From positions 8,432,001 through 8,496,000 of the forward strand of contig OZ176054.1 in assembly GCA_964247055.1 (NCBI GenBank): a stretch of 64,000 nucleotides of DNA, given 5' to 3'. Made by a program: the position numbers and the translations under genes. This document shows, in pieces, positions 12,401-24,787 of this stretch. The stretch's first letter is position 1, and each line of letters begins with the position of its first letter. The notes under the pieces were generated by a model. It was not told the origin of the DNA. It did not search any database and was given only the letters and a program-made list of their open reading frames with translations. The DNA is from Paragordius varius (taxonomy: Eukaryota > Animalia > Nematomorpha).

Positions 12401-14731
12401 TTTTTGGGTTAAAAGACTTTTTGAAGGCGATAAATTAGGGGTGACCTCATTGCTTTCTGTACCGTTCATAATAAGGTTCATTTGTTGTGTCACATCTTGT
12501 AATGAATGAGAAATTTTGGATAGCCTATTTATCTTACTACTATTACTACCAGTGGTTTGATTTAAAGAAGGTTCATGGGTAGGGGTCTAAGGGGTAAAAT
12601 ATATATTATTTAAATACATATTTGGAATCATATTGATTTATGATAATTGAATCTTACAAAAAAGAGTGATTTAGTATCATGTCCATCGTCAATGACATCT
12701 CTATTCTGGTTTTCAGATTGAGTTTTAGTCGTTTTATTTACAGAATTGGTTTGACCAGAATTTAATAGGGAAGAAGCACCAAGTGAATCCAAGGAGTTAA
12801 TGGGCTGTTTTTGTATTGCTAAACATTTTTCTTTCATATCAATTTTTGGATCTATCCCATTCTCTCTAGTGGTATTCTGGAAGCTTTTACTATTTTTTGA
12901 AGCTTTTTTATCCTTTTCCACCATGTTTTTAGATTTAGCCGTGTAAATCTTTTTGTTCGTTTTAATGCCATTACTTTTTTTCACAAATGAATCAACTTTC
13001 TTAGCAGATAAGGGAATAATATTAACAGGACGTGGTTGATGATCATTCAAAAAATATTCAACAATATTCTCGGTGTTGTTGGGGTAGTAAACTATATTTT
13101 TATACTTATTTTTATTCTCTATCCCATACAATTCTTGAATGAGATAACAAAGTCCATCACAAATTAACTTTTGTTTTAGGGGTTTTATAACGTAACCACC
13201 GGTACTACCATCTCGACTACTTTCAATACTAGCTAAAGTTATGTGAACTTGGTGGTTGAGATCTATTATTAATGAAAAAGAAATAATGCTTAAGGTGATG
13301 AAAAAAATTATATTAAAATATCATAATTGATGCATGTATGAGTCTTATTCTAAAATTAATAATATGAAAAGAGATATGACTATCCTTTAGTCTGAATTAT
13401 AATTTTTAAGCTTTCACAATCTATAATTTTCGTACTAATGTGCGTTTGTATCAAATTTAATATTCTTATAATGCATACTAAGCGATTAGTATGAAAAAAT
13501 ATAGTAATATCATGATAAATGATTGAATAAATTTGTACAGTCGGCAATTTTTGCAAAAAAATTTAAATATTACAAATAAAGGTTTATACGTTTTTCAAAT
13601 CATATAGTCATGTAAAATTTCGCGATAATTTCATCAATAAAATATGTCACTATTATGTCAAATCAATTATAATCAAACCATCTACTATTTCAATTAAAAC
13701 AGAAATTAATCCAAAAATATTTAATTAATGTACCAGTTTCTTGAGTATTGCAACATATTACAACAGGATACTGTGGTAATTGCTCAAGTTCTTTTGCCGA
13801 TGGCACATAGTCTTCAGAAATAGCAATCGTATTTGTTAACACATCGACACAACATGGATTCTTATTATTATTTATGGAAAAATTGGTAGTAGACTGAGAT
13901 TCTTTTTTAGGATGACTAGAAGATGTTGGCGATGTACATTCCTGAATTTTATTTTCATTTTCGAGGGAATTATTGGTTAAGGAATTATTATTTTTGGATT
14001 TACGAAACAAATTATTGAGTTTGGAGGGACTTAAACGGATGTTTGATAAAGATGTCCGTGATACATTACCATTGTTTGCTAATGAATCTGTTTTGGAAAA
14101 CTTGTTACCACCAGATAATTTATATATTAATTCGGGACTTATCATATCGTTTGCTTTAAAGATTTGACTACAACCAGCATCAAAACTTTGGACAGATGTT
14201 TGCATACATGGATCATTTATAATATACCTTATAATAAAATGAAATGGGTTTACTGTAAGCGTCCATTATACAATTTTTCCTTAGCACAAAAAAATAGCGT
14301 TATGGATATTTTTACATCACAATCAAATAGAAATTCTATCCTATAATCTGAGGCTTTATCTCTTCTATATCATAAAAATAAATAGATACTTTGTAATTTT
14401 AATTGAATCCTTTCGTATATGAAGTAAACACTTGAGAGTGCGTACAGGTTCAAACCATAATGGAGCTTTATATGGAAACTTTAATTAAACAAAAATAAAC
14501 TAATGTTGGTTTATTGCCTAAATATTTCAATTCACTGATATCACCAAACAAAAACGTTTCAGGAGTCCTTCGTTCAAATCTATGTCCTCCCATAATATAA
14601 TATGGTGCAAAAAAAGATGCTTTGTTTATAAATAATGTACTTTTTTCAGGTAACAAATCTTTTTCCCGTAAATCATCGTTAGAACTTGAATCAAAAATCC
14701 ATGTTGACACAATTCCGATTACATTGCCCAT
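5107..14731 (-). CDS. MGRN1: E3 ubiquitin ligase MGRN1/RNF157 family (Mahogunin RING), about 1372 aa in 19 exons
   Basis: Phase-consistent exon chain: 14641-14731, 14501-14619, 14390-14478, 14254-14364, 13734-14227, 12658-13262, 12418-12586, 12241-12335, 11519-11763, 11038-11163, 10220-10377, 8827-8962, 8018-8340, 7803-7944, 7610-7670, 6952-7404, 6670-6830, 5506-5963, 5107-5189. Motifs: MG start, [97 protein letters not shown]. The low-complexity internal exons are less certain than the conserved ones. Confidence 0.9.
6384..6426. repeat. (TA)n microsatellite in an MGRN1 intron
   Basis: About 21 consecutive TA units. Confidence 0.95.
9175..9910. mobile_element. Foldback-like MITE with long TIRs built from 21-bp tandem units
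   Basis: Left arm TACCATTTACACTTCAAGAGTGTCC plus 7 x TTGAACAATTCAAGTTGGTCC; right arm is the reverse complement with 5 units. TA-rich flanks. Lies in MGRN1 intron 8963-10219. Confidence 0.88.
10625..10947. mobile_element. hAT (Buster/Charlie-like) MITE
   Basis: Termini CAGGGGGTGTCCAAC and GTTGGAGACCACTG. Flanks TATTAAAA and AATTAAAA form an 8-bp TSD (7/8, central TA). Confidence 0.8.
11183..11461. mobile_element. Shorter member of the TACCATTTAC foldback-like MITE family
   Basis: TACCATTTACAATTCAAATTCACC with 21-bp-spaced GAACAATTCAAATT units; ends GTAAATGGT. Lies in MGRN1 intron 11164-11518. Confidence 0.72.
14228..14640 (-). other. Four micro-introns in MGRN1: 14620-14640 (21 nt, in-frame), 14479-14500 (22 nt), 14365-14389 (25 nt), 14228-14253 (26 nt)
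   Basis: All are GT...AG. The last three are required to keep the conserved frame. The 21-nt one is inferred because it removes a 7-aa insertion relative to orthologues. Confidence 0.87.
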
Positions 14732-15289
14732 CAACTTTCTGTTATCACGCAAATACCCATATGTTCCCTCTTGATCCGTATAATATATATATATATATTA
14801 ATGGGCATTAAATAGATACGTGTAGGTCCACTTTCCAAAATAAAATATTTATAATAGTTTATAAATGCACCTACACTTTTTCTTCAGCTTGTAAATGTTT
14901 TTTGAGTGATCAGATCCGAACAACTTTCGAGTAGTGAAGCGTTAATTAAATCAAATATTTATTGTAGGATTAAAACGTTACTGGAAATTTTTTCAGTTGA
15001 CTTCTTTACACAGTTTTCAAGCAATTTTCCGAAACGTAGGCTCCATAGGCTCCATTAAATTTTTAATATATGTTTTTACTTCTTTATAAATGTGCCGAGG
15101 TTAGCAGAGTCATTTTTCACCTCTCCCATTTCCTTAAATATGGTTTTTTTGAAGAATGGTTTTGAAGCAGTTATAAAACGTGTAGTTTTATTCTAATAAA
15201 ATAAAAAAAATTATTCATTGTAATTTGCAAGAACTAGGCATTAAAACCTCTCAGTTTCTACCCACCTTTCCTAAATACGGATTTTGATT

Positions 15290-15500
15290 TTAAATATGCG
15301 CTGTGAACCAATTTTGGAAAACGTGTGGGCCCATTTGAATTGGAAATATATTTTTGCCAATGTACCCAGGGAAAGCGCGCCAATTTTCGTGATTGGAACG
15401 TTCTGCCTTAGCCCGGAAGGAAAAAATATTATATTTGTAATGATTTAATGTAGGGCCATTAGCATTTACAAGTGGAGATTTTTTATTCATTTCAAAATTT
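15290..15500 (+). repeat. Diverged fragment related to the Helitron-internal repeat family
   Basis: AAAACGTGTGGGCCCATTTGAATTGGAAAT resembles AAAACGTGTTGGACCATTCGATTTCAAAT in the other copies and the reverse complement of 32330-32540. Confidence 0.45.
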
Positions 15501-15779
15501 GCCGAAAGACATTTTTTTTAAATAATCTCCTTTTTTATTCACCTTGTAAAGGGGATTATAAACAATAAACGGTTTTAATGTCATTATCCCAAAAGCCTAA
15601 TCAAATTAAATAATGGGAATTTATAATTTCAAAGGTGAGAGCGATTATTCAAAATTATCCTTAATCACTCGTACGAAAATAATTTTCAAATGATATTGGC
15701 TTTGAGATAATTTTGTATGGGCATATACAAAAATAATAACGGATTTGTTTTAGTGACTCCACAATTTTTTAAAATTTCT

Positions 15780-18610
15780 CCTATTTTAGTAGAGTTTGGA
15801 TGTGTGATCGTGCCAAATTTTTAAGATTTTGGCCTTATCCATGACAAAATAATTAACAGCGTTTATGGGGCCGTGTTAATTATAATTTACTTTTTTTTCA
15901 TCTTTTTTGTTTGGGCAAAAAAGTTTTTGTTTTTGGCTTCGGTTTCTATCTTTTCCCACAATTTATTATAGTGAGTGTTTTTATCCGCCTTTATGCTGTT
16001 ATTGCTGTTTAAAATTCTGTGTTCACACTAATTCCCTTTGACTTGTGTTAATTTTGCGTTCTTCAGCTACGGCAAGACTATGAGAGAATTTTAATTTTGG
16101 ATGGTTTGTAAGGCGTAAATTCATCGGTTGTATTTTCGCAGATAGTGTGTATAGAGTCCCATAAACTTTCAATGTTTTGACAATTTTTTGGGTTGTCAAG
16201 ATTATTAAAGCGAAATTATTATCGATAATATTATAACTAAGTTTTATTAGGAAATGCTTTTGGCTTCTTGGGTAGTTGGAGTTTGGTACACAGTTTAGCA
16301 CCTAAAAGGTTGTGATCACTGTAGCAGTCAGAGCCAGGATAACTTTTAATGATTTGTAATGAACTTTTGTATTTATTCATACCAATTATAAAATAAATTT
16401 GATTACGGTATTTTTGGTAAGGTAAACGTCATGTGTTAAGGCGTCTTCTGGGTTGTTCAAAGAATGTGCATGCTATAAAAAAATTATGGCTTTGGCAAAA
16501 TCCGATGAGTCGATCCCCTCTATTTATTGTTACCAGTCCTTTGCCTCCTGCAACAGGTTATGGGCCATACTCACCAATAAATTATTAATTACCAAGGATA
16601 AATAGAATATTTTTTTTGGTACTTGTCTTATTGCTGTTTCTATCTCATTGTAAAACGTTTCACATTCGTCGTCGCTGTATGAACTGGTTGGAGCGTATAT
16701 TTGGAAAATTGTTATGGGTTGGGGTGTAATTTGGATACGCATTGATATCATACGTTCGTTAATATGTAGATGTCGGATTAATTTTCATTTAAATTTAATC
16801 ATTTAAAAACCTGTACTGTATTTGATAATGTTGTGGCCGAAATAAGGTCGGAATAAAATAATCGTGATTTTTGATTCTAACATGACATTAGAAGAAATAT
16901 GAGTTTCATATACACCGAATATGTCGATGTTGTGTTTTATCATTTCGTTTACGACAAAGTCAATTTTGTTATTGTTATTAGCACCTCTAAGGTTCCAGGT
17001 GCCAATTTTTGTATTCCAATTCCTTGAATTTAATGTTTATATTGAAAGAGGCAAGAATGTGATAGCATATGTTTGATATATATAATATAACGAGAATATA
17101 TTATGGGAGATGTGATAGAATGATTGTAATAACTGATTTATAAATATACCAATATATGGAGAGGAGTTAAAATTGCAAATAATGAAGCCACCCAAAAAAA
17201 AGACCTCCTTTGCTAAAAGAAGAAGTGGAATGGGCTATAAAACATTCGGCCATTGGAAAAGAGGCTCACAACGATTCCTTCTGAAATCATAAAATATATT
17301 CCGATGGATATCCTTCACATTTTTTTTCAAAAAATCTTATACTCAGAAAAAATTCATGAGGATTGGAGTAAAGGGTAAATCTATTGTGATACCTATTCTG
17401 CATAAAGGAAATGCCGAAATATGTAACAATTGTAGTCCAATATCACTAATAAAATCTTCTTAAAAAATCATAAAACGCCTTTTTAAAACCAGAAATATTA
17501 CTTAAGGCTGGTTTCCGAAAGGGGCGAGGATGTAGAGATATGATAGCTAATATGAGATGATAATGGAGAAACACACAGAAATTAAGGAAATCCATATGTG
17601 CTTTCTATTTTTTCAAGGCTTTTGATTCCATCCACCATAATCATCTACTTTCATTCTTAAAGCAACTAAATTAACATATTATTCTAAATTTAATCAAGTT
17701 TTAACTGATATCCACAAATCATGGGGTTCTATCCCTGCATGGTGAATGTGGGGTTACGTCAGGGCTGCGTCTTTTCACCTACTTTTTTTAATGAATATCT
17801 CAAATGCATAATGAGAAACATACCCGATAGATTCGCCGTCCAGATCGGAGGCTCTGATCTAACTTCTATTCACTATGCAAACGATACGGTTATTTTTGCA
17901 GATTCTCCAAACTCATAGACTCTCATACTACAACATTTTGTAGATGACTGTCAAAAATATGGGCTACAGATTAATCTATCAAAAACAAAAATAAAACAAA
18001 TTAACCCGATAGTTACAAACGCTTCAGTTAACGGGAATTATAGTGAAAGCGTCAAAAGTTCATATCTCGGGAGCTTAATACGTGATAATAATAATTGTAC
18101 TCCCGAGATAAATTGGAGGATAGCTATGCCCAAAACGGCCGCAAATAACAAAATTTGGGCATCACATGATGTCATAAAAACGAAAATTTGACTTACAAAT
18201 GCAATCATTTTTCCAAATTTCCTCTACGGCTGTGAAGGTTGGACTTTAAAAATACGACCTACGGATAATAAACGCTTTTGAACTCCGGATAAGGAGAAAA
18301 CTCTTACATACGGATAAAATGACTAGCAATGCAGTCTTAAATAAAATCAATCCCGATATGTCATTGCTTGGAATGTCCATTCGCACCAAACTATCCTACT
18401 TTGGCCACATTATGAGTTCTAACTCACTGGGAAAATCCTTGATGTTGGAAAAAGTTAGTGGTACACATAATAGGGCCTGAAGAAGGATAAAGTGCATGGA
18501 CATTCTACAAGAAACCCATGTAACCTTGGCAGAACTCAACAAACTAAAAGTTGTAATCTATGGAGAAATTTTATTTACAATATAAACTCGACTGCAGCAA
18601 TACACGCACA
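15780..18610. mobile_element. Decayed RTE-clade LINE with an inverted 5' half
   Basis: Minus strand ~15790-17020 has APE endonuclease (IGTWNLRG, QIYAPTS, RGDRLIGFC, SDHNLL) and linker ending WHDHTSKLY. Plus strand ~17200-18590 has RT (PPLLKEEVEWAI, AFDSI, LRQGCVFSP, YANDT, YLGS, FLYGCEGWTL, YFGHIM). Many stops and frameshifts; short (AC)-like tail near 18605. Confidence 0.88.
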
Positions 18611-19439
18611 CTTATTTTCTCTATCTCCCTTTTCCCAAAAAATGTTTGAGTTTGGAAACTTAACGGGGTTTTCTTTTATCATACTTGTTTGTCTTATGAG
18701 GTTAACGATTCCCTTTCTAGAAATTAATCAGACACTGGATAGGGTCTAACACTGTAAATTCCGTCTCATAATAAAAATTTCGCGTAAAGCACGTTTCTGG
18801 GATTTCTCGTTCTCATACAATCCTTTTATGACTAGGATGATCGCTGTTTTTATAGACCTTGAATTCGTCCCACCTTATGTGCAAATACAATATCACAAAA
18901 ATTTCAACTTTTTGGGAAACAAATTTCTTAATAAATTGAATAGTTAAATACCCCTAACTTGATTAAGCATTTTTAAAAGAGTGTGTGATGACAATATTAT
19001 GAGTTGATGCGAAACGCCGTAAAGGGATGGTTAAAGCCATTCAATCGACTTAATTTTTAAGTTTAACTATCTCATGAGTTTACAAAAAAATGTTGGCCTT
19101 GCTAATTAAGAATAAGTCACTGGAACGCCTGACAGACACATATTAACGAATTTAATTAATTAACTGAAAGCGCCATCGTTTTAATCAAGGTATAATGTTT
19201 TACAAATCAAAATGATTGAAGCATTGAGTCTTTCCATACAAAGTAAATGTTTTATATTGATATACACATATTTATATAATACTTTATTGTCTTTTTGTAA
19301 AGTAATTTCAAAAAAGATCTTAAATATTGAATTGGGTCAAATTTAAAAATATGCAGTGTTTTAGGCGTATATATTATTCAACAGATTTAAGTAGAATAAA
19401 AAATCTGATCTCATAGCTGCTAAATATTTCTCTTGGATT

Positions 19440-21804
19440 TTTCTAAAAATTTTTTACAAACTAGCATGTCGCGTAGCAAAATTATAGGGTCGCGAGTGAA
19501 AAATTTAAATTTAACAAAAAATGTTTTTTAACTTGTAAAATCTATATATTTATAAAAATGGAAAATATTGCTTTGTTATCTGTTTCCAGAAAGCCGGTGG
19601 ACCCATTCAAATCATGTCGAAAAAAATATATTTATTGAATGCCCCGACAATAGCTTGGCCCTTTTTTAAATTAGGTTCCTATTTCGGGCCCATCCGGTGT
19701 AAAAAACGGGTATTTGAAAACAGAGGTTCACAAATCGTGTCTGAGACAATTTTCCTGAAAACGTGTTGGACGATTCGATTTCAAATGTAATTCTTTTTTA
19801 CTTATTTTCAATTGCGACGAACATAGTCGGACTCGCTTTTTTAATTTAGGTCCTCTTTTTACCCGCTCCCCGTAAAATGCCACTTTTTTTGAAAAAGCCA
19901 AGTCCACAAAAATAATTTTTTGAATCTATTTTTCGCCTAAGGTATGAGACCCTAAAAATTCAATAAGGATTCCAGGTATTCCCTGTTAAAAGGCAAATAT
20001 TAGTCGAGCGTATTTTTTATATTGGCTGCTAAGTAAAGAGATACCCGCTAAAAAGTGCCCTGTCATATCTAAATAGCGTGCCTTTGGAGCTAAATTTCAG
20101 AAAACCTATCAGGCCATATGAGTACAATAGGTGCTTAAAATATTACCCGTAACAAGGTAAAAATTTAGGTCGTGCGGTTTTTTAGAATTAGCCTTCAATT
20201 TGGCCCTTGACGCCCTGAAAATGCGCCACCAACCAATGTTTTAGTTTCGCGGCAATTCAAAAACTAATGAGAGCATATGGAATCAATAAGGATTCCAGAT
20301 ATTCTTCGTAAGAATGCAAAAATTTCAATCAAGCGATTTTTTTGTATCAGCCTCTGGGTAGGGAGCTACCCGCCTAAAACTGAGCCAGCTATGTCAAAAT
20401 TGTGTTGTTTAGGAGTTAATTTTTAAAAATATCAGCCATATAAGTTTAATAAAGGCCTAAACTAAAATATTACCCGTAAAAAAATTTGAGTCCAGCGGTT
20501 TTTTAAATAGCCGTTAATTTGGCCCTTTACGCCTTAAAAAATGCGCTATCGAACTATTATTTAGTTTTGAAGCCATTCTTCCAAAAACTACTAAGAACAT
20601 ATGGATTCAAATATCAGGTATTTCCCTATAAAAGCAAAAATTTTTATGGAACGTCTTTTTATTGGCTTCTGGGTAGGGGGTTACTCCATATCGATACAGC
20701 GTGGCTATGGAGGCAAATTTTAAAAAAACTTATTAGACGATATGAGTTCGATAAGGGCTTGAAATATTACCAAAAAGGCAAAAATTTAAGTAAAGCGGTT
20801 TTATTAAATTACCCCTTAATTAGGCCCTTGCCCTGAAAAATGCCCCACCATAGAATGACTTTTTGGTTTTGGGGCACCACGAGAGCATATGGAATCGATC
20901 ATGACACCAGGTACCGAATTAAGGCAAAAAATATAATTGGTTTTTTTGCTTCGCTCCTGGTTAGAGGTTACCTGCGTAAAACTGTGTCATTATCTCGATA
21001 CAGCATGTCTTTGCCAAATTTCAGAAAACCTATGAGTCTAATAGGAACATATGCCTTATATGATAATTCCAGATATTTACCATATGAGGGCAAAAGTTTT
21101 AACCAGCGCTTTTTTATATGTGCCCTGGGTTAGAAGCTACCCGCTGAAAACTGCGCCACTATATAGAAATTGCTTTGTTTTGAAGCTAATTTACAGAAAA
21201 TTTATAAAGCCATATGAGCTCACTAAAAGCTTGAAATATTATCCATAACTATGTAAAAAAATCAGGCGTTTTTTATTAGCCGTTAATTTGGGGCCTTTAT
21301 GCCCTAAAGATACGCCATCATATAACGATAATTTAGTGTTGAGGTATTTTTTCGAATAACCCATGAGACGATCGTATCAAAGATGATTCCAAATATCTGC
21401 CCTATCAAAGATTTTACCTAAGCGCTTTTTCCAGATATGCCTCTGGGTAGGGGTCCCGATTTAAAACTGAAACGCCATACAAAAATGGCGTGGTTTTGGA
21501 GCCAATTTTCAAAAAATTAAAAAGCCATATGAGTTCAGTTAAACACATTTCTGGGGAATTTGTATAATATCATTCTTTCCTTTAAAAAGAACCACCGATC
21601 TTTATAATATCTTGTATTAGTTTACTATGAATCAGAAGATGTTATATAAATTTAAAAAATGTAGATTTATTTTTGTCAATCTCTTAAAACCGAAATAATC
21701 CTGATAAATATTATCAACAAAATTTCTAAGAGTTTTTCGAATTGTTGGGGTCGTTAAGAAACTTGCTACCATAAATGGGGTCGGGAATTACAAAAGTAAC
21801 CCTG
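19440..21804 (+). mobile_element. Internally deleted derivative (MITE) of the Buster-type hAT at 24788, interrupted by a Helitron
   Basis: 19440-19540 and 21598-21804 match the left and right terminal regions of 24788-27475, for example GGGTCGTTAAGAAAC and the terminal CCCTG at 21804. Confidence 0.7.
19541..21597 (+). mobile_element. Non-autonomous Helitron (3'-truncated) with about 10 internal ~160-bp tandem monomers
   Basis: 5' end is A|TCTATATATTTATAAAAATGG. Colinear with the copy at 49781-51845. Confidence 0.8.
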
Positions 21805-24040
21805 TCTAGGGTAAATTTGAAATGTTCAAGAGTAAAATTTAAGTGTAAATGGTATATATTAAATGTTTGAAACAATAAGTCAATAGAATAGAAATTAAGC
21901 CGATATATATATTTCAAAATTAGCACTACTTCATACCGATGAGTGGGGATAAGTAGTTTGCGATAATTGTGTTTTTTTTCAGCTATTGGTATATGATAAG
22001 TGCAAATAAAGCAATAATTCAATGTACAGGTGAATTATGAGTATTTAACGAATTAATTGCTAGTTAGCTACTAACAATAAATCAATAATAAGATGGCCTA
22101 TATACGTGTAGTATTATTTATATTTATACTCCTCACGTTTTTTTAAATATTACATTTTCCTTAGGAAAAGGCATTTGTTTTTGGATTTAGTTATCTGTCA
22201 ACTTTCCCCTAAATCGCACTTGGATCAAATCTCTTAAAATGCATCGATGATTGTCAAATAAACGCAAAAAAGCCGCGATTGTGCGATAAAATTTTTAATA
22301 TATGCTAGTATAAACAATTTTTTACAAAATTACAAATTAGCAACATTCTTACCCACGTTGTACCGTTTTTGATACGAAAACATAAGCAAAATATCCTTCA
22401 ACAAAATAGTAATAAATAAATAAAAATTAGTATTTTTACGAAATTATTTTTCAGCTAGCATGTAAAAAAAATTCATATAATATAAAAACAAGCGCATGAA
22501 TTATTCAGCTTTTATTTTTTTATAATGTGCCAATTAACCGTTTTATGTTATAATTTTGAGATAATGACCAGAAACGTTCGAAACGCCAGGGTGCCAAATA
22601 AAAAATAATTTTACCAATATCACAACTGCCTTTGAAAGTGTTAACCTTAAATTATTTACAGGTGGGATTCTTTGTATTATGTATATCACATGATTAATAT
22701 ATGATTACATTTCGGTTGGTTAATAGCCCAGACGATATTATTATTAAAGAACCCTAGTTGTAAAATATCTTATTTAAATAATCAAAAGTGCTATCACTAT
22801 TGTAGATTAAAACAAGTATATTTATAAGCATTTGCACAGTCAATTATCAATATGAACACAATTAATCCTTAATATTAATATTTTAATATTATATGATATT
22901 TTGCCTAATTGACAGGATATAAACCATGTTTATAATGGTTGATATCAAAAACTTACAGGCAACTGGCAATTTAGCATTAAATTATTCGAAAAATGAAACT
23001 ACAATCCATTAAGATGAGTAAGGTCAACTTTTAAAAACAAACTATTATTATCTCATCATAGTTTTTTTAACACATTAATGGTGTAATGTGGCGGTAACTT
23101 TGATTAAAGGATCTTTGAAAAATTAAAATTTTTCTTATCTCCAAAAGGAGCGAGCCGATAATTTAATAGATTATATGATGGCGACAAAATTTTTCTTAAC
23201 TGTAAACTTTTCCCGCAAATTATTCATTTTACCATAATTAAAGTAGGACAGATGTGAACCAAATATAATAATATTATACTCTAGGGGGAAATCATGAGAG
23301 ACAGATAATAAATAACGAATTGGTAATTTTTATACCATTTTTTTGTCACTTCTTCTTCTAGAATCTTTTTAAGTCTAATATAATAAATTTGAATGCGGAA
23401 AATGTATGAAAAATTATTATCATCATATTATAAACTAGTAGTTTAATTGGCGGCATGGTTCAAATTGTTTGACATTAAACAGAAATATTTATGTTAATGT
23501 GAGACCGCTGTAAATTATAAGAATTAACAAAAGCTATTTAAATATAGCAATAATAATTCTTGATAAAATGCTTCCAGAAAGCAACTATTTTTTAGTAGCA
23601 TTAAAAATGGAGATATGTGTAAATTAGATTGCATAATTTATCATTATAAAGTGGAAGAACAAAAATATTTTTCCTGAATAGTAAAAGATTAACTTTCCAT
23701 AAATTATTGTATGATAATACGAGTTAAAGCATTGCTAAATGTCACTCTCGAATTCGATAATCATAGGATTAAACTTTAAAAAATAATATATTAATCAAAA
23801 ATATTTTTTTTACTATCGGGACAAATGAAAAGCTTCTAAAATCCAATTTTATCATTGTCCTAAAAATTAGTGTTAAATAAATGTGTATGCTATTAGAGGA
23901 TTTTTATCTTGTTATGTTAAAGGGTAAAGACTTTAATTAAAACTCAGCAAGTTTAGTGTACGAGTCTCACGCCAATCTCACTAAAATTAAAATTAGGACT
24001 GTTTTGCCTATGGCTATGATAGCTATTTAAACGTTTGATT

Positions 24041-24273
24041 CAGTGGTGTCCAAAACAAATGGCTTTGCGGGCCGCATGTGAAATAAATATGGTCATTCAA
24101 ACATAATTAATCGATTTTAAACATAAGACAGGAGAATGAAAACACAACATAACAATTTTTTCTATTTAGAAAAATTTTCTGAGAAACACCAATTATACTC
24201 AAAAATTTTGCCGAGATTTTTTTGGCAAATTATTGATTTTTAAATGTTGGCGGGCAGCGTGTTGGACACCCTG
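24041..24273. mobile_element. hAT MITE (same family as 10625)
   Basis: CAGTGGTGTCCAA ... GTTGGACACCCTG; flanks GTTTGATT and GTTTAATC (6/8). Confidence 0.75.
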
Positions 24274-24787
24274 GTTTAATCATTAAGTTCACATAGTGCA
24301 AAGAAATAGAATTATGTATGTTTTAAATTTTTACATGGTAAATTAAATTTACAAGAACCTCCGCGTAAAAAATGTGAAAGAACTAAAACTTCGATATTGT
24401 GTGTTACTACATGATGCTTTAATGATATAATATATACATTTAAAAATATGGATAAATTTTTTATTTGATTATTTCTCTTATTAATTATTATTTTTAAACA
24501 TTAAATAGCCTCATTTATTTTTTTAATACATACAAATTTTTAAAAAGTCCTAATTTGATTTGTTCCCATAACATCAATGAACTTAAATTGGACAAGAGAT
24601 TCTTGACAATATTCCAAGACAATGTCCGTTTTTCGAATGATACAGTTGGCTTTCGTATTAAGAAAAGTTTATATCGTGATTATAATATAAATTGGATGAA
24701 AGCCGTTACAAGGCATTTCGTATCTTTTAAGAAAACTAAAAACTAAAGAGCAGTTATAAAACTATTAAACGAATTTTTAATCTACTG

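Noticed and set aside
13087-13110. GTATAAAAATATAG as a 14-nt intron after YGIENK in MGRN1
   Set aside because: Removal would shift a frame that is otherwise open and phase-consistent with the next exon.
14800-15200. Coding-looking minus-strand segment upstream of MGRN1 that could be stitched with short introns
   Set aside because: No consistent phase chain or recognisable homology; any model would be invented.
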